A stretch of DNA of 63,830 bases, filler included, from Lenisia limosa (taxonomy: Eukaryota > Protista > Breviatea): the NCBI GenBank assembly GCA_001655205.1. It is 8 parts of 8 records of this genome, joined end to end, with 100 filler letters (N's around TTAATTAATTAA, not from the genome) between each part and the next. Parts side by side here need not be neighbours in the genome. Positions count along the whole stretch, not along the records: positions 48,620 to 62,241 come from LPNZ01006789.1; 7 more parts are not named here. One strand, given 5' to 3'. The position numbers and the translations under genes are program-made. This document shows, piece by piece, positions 52,425 to 61,142 of this stretch (position 1 is the stretch's first letter; the number at the start of each line of letters is the position of its first letter). Below the pieces are notes generated by a model that saw only the letters and a list, made by a program, of their open reading frames with translations, did no database searches and was not told the DNA's origin.

Positions 52425-52546
52425 CCCCTTATAAACGGAGTGAAACTGGCTATAGCCCAGGTTCTGCTCTTCGTTAAGGTAAACATCCGGGTCCAACGTC
52501 ATATTCAACGAATCGTCTTGAGTCATCGACAGCGTGGCTCCATGAA
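52425..52546 (-). CDS. Internal exon of an uncharacterised gene
   Basis: C-tract acceptor CCCCCTCCTCGCAG, GTATGT donor, and open frame HGATLSMTQDDSLNMTLDPDVYLNEEQNLGYSQFHSVYKG. Confidence 0.45.
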
Positions 52547-54059
52547 CTGCGAGGAGGGGGGAACGGAGATTAAGAAAATATTAATAATAATAATAATAAA
52601 ATAAATAATAATAATTATCAACTTTTTTGGCTGACAAAACACGAGGGTCAAAACAGACAAAACACAGGGTGAAAATGAAAAATATACAAAAAAAATAAAA
52701 AAGGTGGGGATGGAAAACCTCGACAGGAGGGGAAAACCTCGACAGCTCTCAAGAAAATGAATGATGATATTTTATGTTAAAAAGGATTTGTTTCTTTCCT
52801 ACAATGGCGTCGGACAAGTTTATTTCCAAAAAAATATGTCAAAACAAAGCAATAACATGGTTTTAAATATCGTATAATTGCGTAAGAAGAAGAAAAATAA
52901 TGGGCAAATATGAGGAAATGGGCCAAACAGGGGACTGATTTTTTTTTAAAAGTTTGCTGTTCAGATCTCAAAGTTTTGTGATCAGCGATCTTTACCCACT
53001 TATTTTTTTTACCAAGCAAAACACTTAATAGTTAATCAAAATATAGTATTTAGTTCATTTATGTCAATTCTTCGGCGCTTTGACAATTTGAAGGACCAGG
53101 TGAGGGTTTTGTCTTTGGCCCTTGTTAGAACTCCTCCAAGAGTGCGCCTCCATCTGTCTTTATCCAGTTTTTTTGATAATATCTGCACTGTAAAAAGAGT
53201 TTCAATTCGGTAAAATCGCCCAATCTTGCTTATCTTGATGTCATCTTTAGGAACCCGAATTTTCCCAATCATTGAAATCTTACTCATTTTCAAGGTACAA
53301 AATGACTTGGAGCCACTGAGGCTTGCAGTCAGAAGCTGTCCTGACTTTGGGTCACTTGCCATTGAGGAAAAATATCTACTTCGTACTCCCTTGCGGAGGA
53401 CAAAGGTGTCTTAGAATACCTTTCCGAGTCCACCGCTGCATGTCTCCTCAACGAAAGGAGGCAAATTGTTGTATTCACTGATGAAAAAAGTCTTTTTTTT
53501 TTGTGTGATTTTTTATTAATTGATTAGGTGAAACGCAACCAGGTCTCAAAATATAAAAATACAACTATCAAGCGAAGGCCTGGACGCACAACCTATCTCC
53601 ATCCAGATATCTCTGACCACTTTCTAAGACTTGTTTTGGAGCGTATTGTCCGTNNNNNNNNNNNNNNNNNNNNNNNNNNNNNNNNNNNNNNNNNNNNNNN
53701 NNNNNNNNNNNNNNNNNNNNNNNNNNNNNNNNNNNNNNNNNNNNNNNNNNNNNNNNNNNNNNNNNNNNNNNNNNNNNNNNNNNNNNNNNNNNNNNNNNNN
53801 NNNNNNNNNNNNNNNNNNNNNNNNNNNNNNNNNNNNNTAATAAATAACATTCCATTATTTTCATATATTTTTTGTATTATCGTGTACCATTTAAGATGGT
53901 TATAACCTCTTAGTTCTTGTTTCTCCATATTACTCCCATGGTTATTGATGTTCATTGACAGTAAAAGAGTAGCATACTACCACCACTATCAATCATACAC
54001 TCAATTATTGCATCCCTAATGCTTATTGTCACTTTCTCTTACTCTCACAGACACCCAAT

Positions 54060-54670
54060 ATGCTGGACTCTGCCAGGGAGAAAGCATTGACTGAAGGACG
54101 TCTGATGCAACATGCACTGGTCCCTTTCAAGTCATCCTCCACTCGTCCCTCCGCACCAACCTTGTCAAGAAGGCCCCTGCTGATGTTTCCAACGCCGTCC
54201 ACAACCGCTGCGTCGCCATCGCCGCATGCCTCGAGGCCTTCCATACTGCCACTTCTCCATGGAAAATCAAAAGTGCTTTCGCTGCTGGGGGTCTTGTTGT
54301 CACCATTGACACCTCTCAGTTGCTTTGCTGTCCACCATCCTGGGTCACTTCATTTTTCAAACGCCCCTGCCACCTGCCAGAACAGCCCTATATTCCTGCA
54401 TCCTCAACACCCCCGAGCTCATTTCCTTGATTGAGGTTGCCAAGGAAAATGAGGACGCTGCCGTTACCAAGGACTCTTGGGTAGAAGTTGCCAAGTACCG
54501 TGACCAACTTACTGCTGCTGAAGTCGAACTTTTCCTTGCTGACCGTGACACCCTCCCTTGGGCCAAGTACNNNNNNNNNNACCATTGAGCATTATATGGC
54601 CAAGCTTCTTCAAGAAGTGGAGGCCGCTGAGGCTGAGAGGCGTCGTCAACTCGGTAGTGGTTGGAGTTAA
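54060..54670 (+). pseudogene. Coding-like segment that needs two -1 frame changes; interrupted by a 10-N gap
   Basis: Strong C/G-ending codon bias follows frame 54060, then frame 54131 (VILHSSLRTNLVKKAPADVSNAVHNRC...), then frame 54319 (VALLSTILGHF...LPWAKY), then TIEHYMAKLLQEVEAAEAERRRQL after the gap. The frame path is inferred from codon bias only. Confidence 0.45.
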
Positions 54671-55075
54671 CTTTTTGCTGTTGTTTAGCTCCACTCTAAT
54701 GGTATAGACGTTCAAGGTGAAAATCGCCAAAAGCAAAAGAAGAAACCTCATGGTTTGTTGTATTTTCCTATTATTTCCCGCTTGATGCTTTCCTGCATAA
54801 CCTGTTTGGTCTATTCTTACACGCCTAGCTAACAAGAGCCCACAGGATTCACCCAGTTGCTGTCGATAAGCCTCGGCGAGGTATGTATTATTATTCTTGT
54901 TGAGATTTAACCTTTTACTTTTCCGTATCACATGTTAATTAATAGCACAATTTTCCTGTCATATTCCGCGTGTTTTCTTTGAAAATTCTCACTTCTTTTG
55001 GAAAAGAAGTCTCGTTAGTATTTGTCCTTTTTTGTTGTATTTGTTATTGAGTTTTATCTGTACATCAATATCAAG

Positions 55076-56830
55076 GTCGCTGCTGATGTGTTTTCCCGTC
55101 ATATGTCAGGCACAACCTTCCTTGAGTTCATCATTGGAGCTGAGGATGATGGTCATGCTACAAAGTATTCTATGCCTTCCAACGTGTCCAAGGAGGCCCT
55201 TGTCAATCATGTTACTAACACTGAGCCAATTCCCAGCCACGTTCCTTCCATGAGCACCATGCTTGGTGATGAAACGTCCAACAAGGTTATCAAATATGTC
55301 CTCAAGGATGGTGACAACAGTGTTGAGTTCAGATTCAACACCATTATGGAGTTCCCATTTGGTCTCGGACAAACCGCTTCATTGTTCTCAAAGACTATTG
55401 AGGCCAGAACCAAAACCAGTGATGGTATGTTCGATACCCAAAGCAAAGACAGAGTATTCATTTTCTCTCCCAAGTTTGTCGATTCTCTCATGAATGCTGT
55501 TACGAAGAATAACTTCACTGGACTTCTTGAATACCTCCCCAACAGGTATGAGCAATATTACAACCGTGAATTCCGCGAGGTTATGGAGGTGAAAAAGAAG
55601 AAGACCATTCCCACTTTGGATCCTGAGGAACATCTTGATGAGGCCTTTATCGAGCAGAATATTAGACACAACGTTTTCCAAATGTCCAACGCCATTGGTG
55701 GAGAGGCTGATGTGCTCAAGCACTGTTCTGTCAGACTCTTTTTCCATCTCATTCATAACCAAAAGGGGTGGAGCAACATTGTTCACAACATCATGCTGTC
55801 CATGGGAGCCTCTACTGATACCCAAAAGACCTTCAGTTTTGGTGAGTCTGGAAATGTCCATGGATTCATTAACATGAACAGAGATCTTACATCTCTCCAT
55901 ACCGATTTCTCAAATCTTTACCACCCAGATCTCAATTGCAAGGTTAGACATCTCTACAAGTCCTATCTTGCCAAAACCATGACTGAACCTTCCGCTGATG
56001 GAACCACAATTGCCGTAGCACCTCGTGGAAGAAGAGGTAGGAGCAAGAAGAGTGCCCCCAGCAAGAGACAACAGGATTATGTCACAGCCAGAGATCAGTA
56101 CCTCACCGACAGCGACCCTGGTGGAGCTATGGATCACCTGGTCAATAACATTTCCAAGATGAGTGTCAGCGAGATCATCGAAAATGTTGAGGTCATTGAT
56201 ACTGACAAATATGCCAACGACGATCACAAGGAGATGTGGGAACAATATATCAGTGTCACTCAGGCCGAGATGGAGCAGAATATTGACATCATCAATCGTC
56301 ATCTGGAAGAAGAGGGTGTTGATAGGAACCAGCTCATTGACCCCAATAGCTATTACAGATACATTCTTGATCCCTATTCACCTCAACGTGTTCTCCGCAC
56401 TCTCAAACTTTGCGATGATCATATCCCAGAGGCCCCTAGCGCTAAACCCACTGGTCAATCTAGTGCTGTTGATAACGCCATCTCGCACGTCTACACTTCT
56501 GTTATGAATGGAAAGTCTGACACTCCCATTGGTGGTAACGATGGAATCCATCTCAAGAATCAAGTGATTGGAACACATGTCCAACAGGCCGCTGACAAGC
56601 GTGAGATGGAGAAGATGAATGATGTCTATATTCTTTCCACCCTTCCTAATTCTGGCAATGCCTATTACACCACCATCAGTATTCTGTTGAAGATGGGTAA
56701 GAGTCCATTGGTTGATGAGGTTGATAAATTGGTATGTAAATGTGATGGTTCTAACCGTTATCCCATGTACAATTCAGAATGGTCCAGAGATGTTCTCAAC
56801 CTTCTCATCAGTGCTATCAGGAGACTCTAG
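55076..56830 (+). CDS. Large uninterrupted ORF of unknown function (575 aa from ATG 55103; may be the terminal exon of a spliced gene entering at 55076)
   Basis: 1.75-kb open frame with biased codon use, a basic NLS-like stretch PRGRRGRSKKSAPSKR and a mostly helical/acidic C-half. No family recognised. Confidence 0.9.
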   Translation, partial: VAADVFSRHMSGTTFLEFIIGAEDDGHATKYSMPSNVSKEALVNHVTNTEPIPSHVPSMSTMLGDETSNKVIKYVLKDGDNSVEFRFNTIMEFPFGLGQTASLFSKTIEARTKTSDGMFDTQSKDRVFIFSPKFVDSLMNAVTKNNFTGLLEYLPNRYEQYYNREFREVMEVKKKKTIPTLDPEEHLDEAFIEQNIRHNVFQMSNAIGGEADVLKHCSVRLFFHLIHNQKGWSNIVHNIMLSMGASTDTQKTFSFGESGNVHGFINMNRDLTSLHTDFSNLYHPDLNCKVRHLYKSYLAKTMTEPSADGTTIAVAPRGRRGRSKKSAPSKRQQDYVTARDQYLTDSDPGGAMDHLVNNISKMSVSEIIENVEVIDTDKYANDDHKEMWEQYISVTQAEMEQNIDIINRHLEEEGVDRNQLIDPNSYYRYILDPYSPQRVLRTLKLCDDHIPEAPSAKPTGQSSAVDNAISHVYTSVMNGKSDTPIGGNDGIHLKNQVIGTHVQQAADKREMEKMNDVYILSTLPNSGNAYYTTISILLKMGKSPLVDEVDKLVCKCDGSNRYPMYNSEWSRDVLNLLISAIRRL

Positions 56831-56837
56831 AGTGTTT

Positions 56838-58259
56838 TTAAAACTTTACATCTACTATAGTGGTTGATTTATAATAGGCAAAGATTGAGTGTGGAATATC
56901 AACATCCGTTTGAAAAATAATCCATAGCACTCGACATTTGTCCTGCAACATCTGGTACAGGGATAATCGTTCAAAGGAACACTCTCCTCGGATAATTACA
57001 TTGAATTCCGCTTGAATCTTATGCAAATGTCTAGAGTCCCCTTTGTAGATTACACCACCCTCCCAATCCTTTGTATGGACCACTTTTACACTCTTTTCAG
57101 GCAGTGGTAGAGCGTTGGCAGAGAGTATAGAGACCACTTGGTCATTGGATTTCTGTGCTTGTATATGGCCAATGAATGAGACATAGGGGGAATAGGGAAT
57201 AGACAACTTCCATTCGTCTCTAGTAATAAATCCAACCTCAATTTGACTCAATCTACCGGTTCTTGTTAATGCTGGATCCAACTGTGAAGGGTGCTTATTA
57301 GTTGTCAGAATAATGATCAGATTTGGCTGTATGGGTACTTGACCAATGCTAGAGAGAATGGTCGATCGTTGGTTGGCAACATACTGCTCACCTTCATCCA
57401 GGAGCATTGTGACAATTGGAGATTTCTCTTGATAGACCCTAAAAAGGTGTTGTGCAACGTCTATTGCACTAGTGTCAGTCATCATTCTAGTGCCTCTGGT
57501 TATTTGTCTAGCAAGGTGTGTTTTACCTGTTCCAGGAGGTCCCCAAATACATATTCCAGGTGAGCTCTGGAGAGCGTTGTGCAAGGCCTTTTGAATACTT
57601 TTTCTTGCATCTATAGAGACCATCTGGATAAATATTTCCCTTTGATCACATCGAATTTCATTACTCTGGGGCATTGGAATATACGACGGTAACATTGATC
57701 TACGGACCTTGTTTAGGGTGTCTAATTCGCTCTCAGCAGTGATGATGTGGAATGAAAATACATCTAGCGATAACAATGATTTCAGTACCTTTTGATCACA
57801 GTTCTCATTGAATTTTGCAAAGAATAAACGCTCAATATCAAATGGTGAGAGGCTGTGTAGCTCAACCACCTTGAAGTGTGAAAACGACGGTTCCCTCTCT
57901 TTGGAAATGACTATAACCGTTGGCATTTTGCATATTGAATCTCTCATTCCGGAAATAATTGAGCTCATTGTGGAAGAGTCTCCTAGGTCATTGAACCCGT
58001 TGCAAATCATTACAGAACCCTCATTATTACACTCCTCAATCAGCTCATTCAGCTTCTTCTGGGACTCTCCTATGTATTTGTCTAGTAGACTTGGGAGGAA
58101 GATCTTTTTGTGAGTTCTATTAACCAGGGATAGAATATCCGATGCAAAACCGACTCCATCCTCTGTGTGAGGGGTAACTATTTGTAGCTGAAGATTGTTT
58201 TGAAAATTGCAGATTTCGGACTCATGACCTATAAGATATTTGCCACCAAAACCTTCCAT
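56838..58259 (-). CDS. Highly divergent CDC48-like AAA+ ATPase (473 aa from MEGFGG), intronless
   Basis: Second module has Walker A GPPGTGKT (57519-57542), Walker B MLLDEGE, sensor-1 LTTN and the Arg finger LDPALTRTGRL. The first module keeps the pore-loop LLDKYIGESQKKLNELIEE but has no Walker A/B. Confidence 0.88.
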   Translation of the reverse strand: MEGFGGKYLIGHESEICNFQNNLQLQIVTPHTEDGVGFASDILSLVNRTHKKIFLPSLLDKYIGESQKKLNELIEECNNEGSVMICNGFNDLGDSSTMSSIISGMRDSICKMPTVIVISKEREPSFSHFKVVELHSLSPFDIERLFFAKFNENCDQKVLKSLLSLDVFSFHIITAESELDTLNKVRRSMLPSYIPMPQSNEIRCDQREIFIQMVSIDARKSIQKALHNALQSSPGICIWGPPGTGKTHLARQITRGTRMMTDTSAIDVAQHLFRVYQEKSPIVTMLLDEGEQYVANQRSTILSSIGQVPIQPNLIIILTTNKHPSQLDPALTRTGRLSQIEVGFITRDEWKLSIPYSPYVSFIGHIQAQKSNDQVVSILSANALPLPEKSVKVVHTKDWEGGVIYKGDSRHLHKIQAEFNVIIRGECSFERLSLYQMLQDKCRVLWIIFQTDVDIPHSIFAYYKSTTIVDVKF

Positions 58260-58296
58260 CTGTAATATAATATAGACGAATATTGTATAGTTCCTG

Positions 58297-58869
58297 ATGA
58301 ATTTTATGGATGTTATAGACACTCCTAGATATATCCAGCGTAATGATTCCAAATTATTATTCAAGACTTTCCATAGTGATGAGGTCACGGATGAACAATC
58401 CTCGGACACCTTTATATACATCAAAAGAGATGTTAAATCAATGTTCATGGCTGTGATAAGGACTAGTGATTTTCAACCGTTACTGGCATTCAAAACCAAC
58501 ACCCCTAGCATTATTTCCTTCGACCTTTTGATGCCAATTATCAATAAAGATTTGACCATAAACAAATATCGATTTATCTCATACAATTCTGAGGGTACAA
58601 CTTCCACTAGGTCTCATATACTGACCTTCGACAATCCAAACTATCATCTGAGTGTCCCTGACGATTACTTTGACGATGGATATATCCTAATTCTCGACCC
58701 TGATATTAGTGCTAGGATATTGGATGACGCACACATCACAGACCCTTGGAACAAGATCACCCTGGGTTATAATCAAAGACGAATCGCCTATAATCAGAGC
58801 CTTAGACCATTGTGTGAAGTCGATATACATTCCACATCCTACCGTATTCAAAAGGAATATGTTCTCTAA
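58297..58869 (+). CDS. Intronless ORFan, 187-190 aa
   Basis: ATG at 58297 or 58306 to TAA at 58867-58869, divergent from the AAA gene. No family recognised. Confidence 0.75.
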   Translation: MNFMDVIDTPRYIQRNDSKLLFKTFHSDEVTDEQSSDTFIYIKRDVKSMFMAVIRTSDFQPLLAFKTNTPSIISFDLLMPIINKDLTINKYRFISYNSEGTTSTRSHILTFDNPNYHLSVPDDYFDDGYILILDPDISARILDDAHITDPWNKITLGYNQRRIAYNQSLRPLCEVDIHSTSYRIQKEYVL

Positions 58870-58999
58870 GCTAAAGATGATAGTGGTTTCCCCAAAGAAT
58901 AATGGAGAGACGACAAAGGTTGTGTCACAGCGTGTCGCTATCAATGAGGGATTGAAGAATTTGGATATTACACAATGTGGATATTTCTTTGCGGATTGA
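58859..58999 (+). CDS. Possible 46-aa micro-ORF (MFSKLKMIVVSPKN...)
   Basis: Fills the gap between two ORFs exactly and overlaps the upstream stop by 11 nt, as in compact genomes. Too short to verify. Confidence 0.4.
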   Translation: MFSKLKMIVVSPKNNGETTKVVSQRVAINEGLKNLDITQCGYFFAD

Positions 59000-59036
59000 T
59001 TCTTAATAATCTGTTATTTAAAACTTGGTAGTTCCA

Positions 59037-59804
59037 ATGTCCAACTTTTTACCCATTAGCAAATCCAAACATCTCATGAACAATTATCTGAAGCAGAATC
59101 GTCAGCTGTACAAGATCACTAACAAGGACTACACCGACACCCCTGGGGACTTAGATATTATATTCTCCTGGAGGGTCCAAAACAATAACTATGCAACTGT
59201 CCATGTGGTCAATGCCAGCACTTTCAAACCACTTCTGTGTTGTAATATAACTATTGAGGAAAATGCTAGTACACACCCTCCAAGTGTAATTATTAACAGA
59301 GTATACCATAAGAAGCACCATTATGCCAAGATATTGAATCCTCCTGACAATTGCCATTGCACACTATTCGGTTCTGAAATAAAAGTACCCATATCGGAAA
59401 CTAGAATGGGAATTTGCTCTTATAAGATTATTGATCAGAGCACTGTTCGATCTTTGTTGGAGAAGTCTCCCAAGGTCCCTGAGACAGTTGATTCTAGTAC
59501 CACCTTCTCTATGTATTTGTACACAGGGTCTGGTGAGAGGCTCTACGGCCTAATATTGAATGCCTTTGTCAACAGACCTCTGCGACAAATAATTGGACCT
59601 CGTTCTAAGTCAATATTCTGTGGTTTCGCATATGTATACATGGATCCTGTGGACAGATTTCAGTTTGGAGAGAAGGTGAATCCATTTGCCAATCCTATAT
59701 TACGCAACAATCTTCTGACCAATGTATTGAGCTATCAGATATTTGAAAGTCGTGAAGTTTCTATCCAAAATCAAAAGGCATCTTTGAAGAGAGAAAGGTC
59801 TTGA
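59037..59804 (+). CDS. Intronless ORFan, 255 aa
   Basis: ATG at 59037 (MSNFLPISKSKHL...) to TGA at 59802-59804. Beta-rich appearance. No family recognised. Confidence 0.8.
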   Translation: MSNFLPISKSKHLMNNYLKQNRQLYKITNKDYTDTPGDLDIIFSWRVQNNNYATVHVVNASTFKPLLCCNITIEENASTHPPSVIINRVYHKKHHYAKILNPPDNCHCTLFGSEIKVPISETRMGICSYKIIDQSTVRSLLEKSPKVPETVDSSTTFSMYLYTGSGERLYGLILNAFVNRPLRQIIGPRSKSIFCGFAYVYMDPVDRFQFGEKVNPFANPILRNNLLTNVLSYQIFESREVSIQNQKASLKRERS

Positions 59805-59833
59805 CTAGTCCCTGAGGGGTTTTTAAAACACAA

Positions 59834-60289
59834 CTAATATTTGATGAAGTAGTACTCTGAACAGTGATTATGGACCATATAGTAACCGTCTACACCATCC
59901 TTGTAATTATACATCAGATCGTGGGTAACATCTTTCAGATATTCGTGAGGAGGCTTGTATCCATTCTTTTCATGAAATATTATTCTCTCAACAATGATGA
60001 GATCTAGAGGTTTCGCATAATAATCATACAGCTCCATTATATGATCTCCTACCAGTTTCCCTTCCTCTGATTCAAAATCTAACAAGGGCTGTCTGGACCA
60101 ATCCAACACAATATCTAGAACCGGATTGGGCTTTGGTTTAGTACCCTCTACAAACTTATCAGTGGAAATATGCAAGAATGAGGCGATGAAATCTTTGGTG
60201 GTATAATAGTCTCCGGAATATAGCTCGAGATAGATAAAGGGTTTCCAAATATTGTTGTGATAGGCCTTTCGTCTAAAATCTTTATACAT
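59834..60289 (-). CDS. Intronless ORFan, 151 aa, Tyr-rich
   Basis: ATG at 60289 to TAG at 59834, convergent with the 255-aa ORF across a 29-bp gap. Confidence 0.75.
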   Translation of the reverse strand: MYKDFRRKAYHNNIWKPFIYLELYSGDYYTTKDFIASFLHISTDKFVEGTKPKPNPVLDIVLDWSRQPLLDFESEEGKLVGDHIMELYDYYAKPLDLIIVERIIFHEKNGYKPPHEYLKDVTHDLMYNYKDGVDGYYMVHNHCSEYYFIKY

Positions 60290-61142
60290 ATATATTTTGA
60301 AAAGAGTTTTGATTTACATTTTTGGCCTGAAAGTTTTGTTGGATATTGTGTATGCCTATTGATGACAATTTAATTAGCAATTACCCCCACTCTTTTTCAT
60401 TTTCCCCAAAAAAAATTATCGAGGTTTCCCTTCCCCCTGTCGAGGTTTTCCACCCCTGTCTGGGTTTTCCACCCCCACTATATACATATCATATATATAT
60501 ATCTATATATAATAGTATGTATTTTGTGTTTGACACTCCTCCCTCAATTATACATACATCTTTCCTACCCCCCTTTTACTCCGCATAATTTAACCTTATT
60601 TACTCCCACCCTCTTGTCTAACGCCCTTTGAGTTATTACTAGATGTAAAACATGAATTATCCTAGTATCACTAGCTCCCAATTAGATTCTTATCCACTAT
60701 AATCATTCTGACAGGAAAGAAGTTGCCCCCCCACACACACACACCCACACCATCANNNNNNNNNNCAAAATCATCTCCAATTTCAAAACCCATTTTATTT
60801 TACCCCCCAATATCTCACATTGTCCATGTGACAGCGCCTCATCATCTTCATCAGGTAGGTCGAAGATAACGTCCTTGGGAGGAAGGCAGTCTAAGGAATT
60901 GCGCCTCCAGAGGATTGTCGAGTTGTCGTTGAAGATACAAATTTGGTTGGCTACAAGGCTTTGAGTGAATGTGATAATAATAAACACAAAAGATAACAAA
61001 AAAAAAAAAAAACTACAAAAATTGTAATTTAAAAAAGAAATGTTCCATTAAAATCCCCCTTAACATCCCCCCGAATACCAGTTGACGACACCAGTGGCAT
61101 GATCTCCCCGCAACAAACAGGGGTATCTTCGGACGTTTCTGC

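Noticed and set aside
52425-52470. LGYSQFHSVYKG as a kinase glycine-rich loop
   Set aside because: No VAxK, HRD or DFG motifs could be found in downstream exons.
55022-55075. TTG start and first 18 residues of the 602-aa track ORF
   Set aside because: T-rich, intron-like sequence ending in an AG acceptor candidate.
58260-58448. 63-aa N-terminal extension of the AAA ORF given by the track
   Set aside because: It overlaps the divergent ORF on the other strand and looks non-coding. MEGFGG at 58259 is the more plausible start.
55076-60289. Calling the island a Polinton, virophage, retrotransposon or specific giant virus
   Set aside because: No recognisable jelly-roll capsid, A32/FtsK ATPase, pPolB, integrase, RT or protease motifs. 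The ATPase is of the classic AAA clade, not a packaging ATPase.
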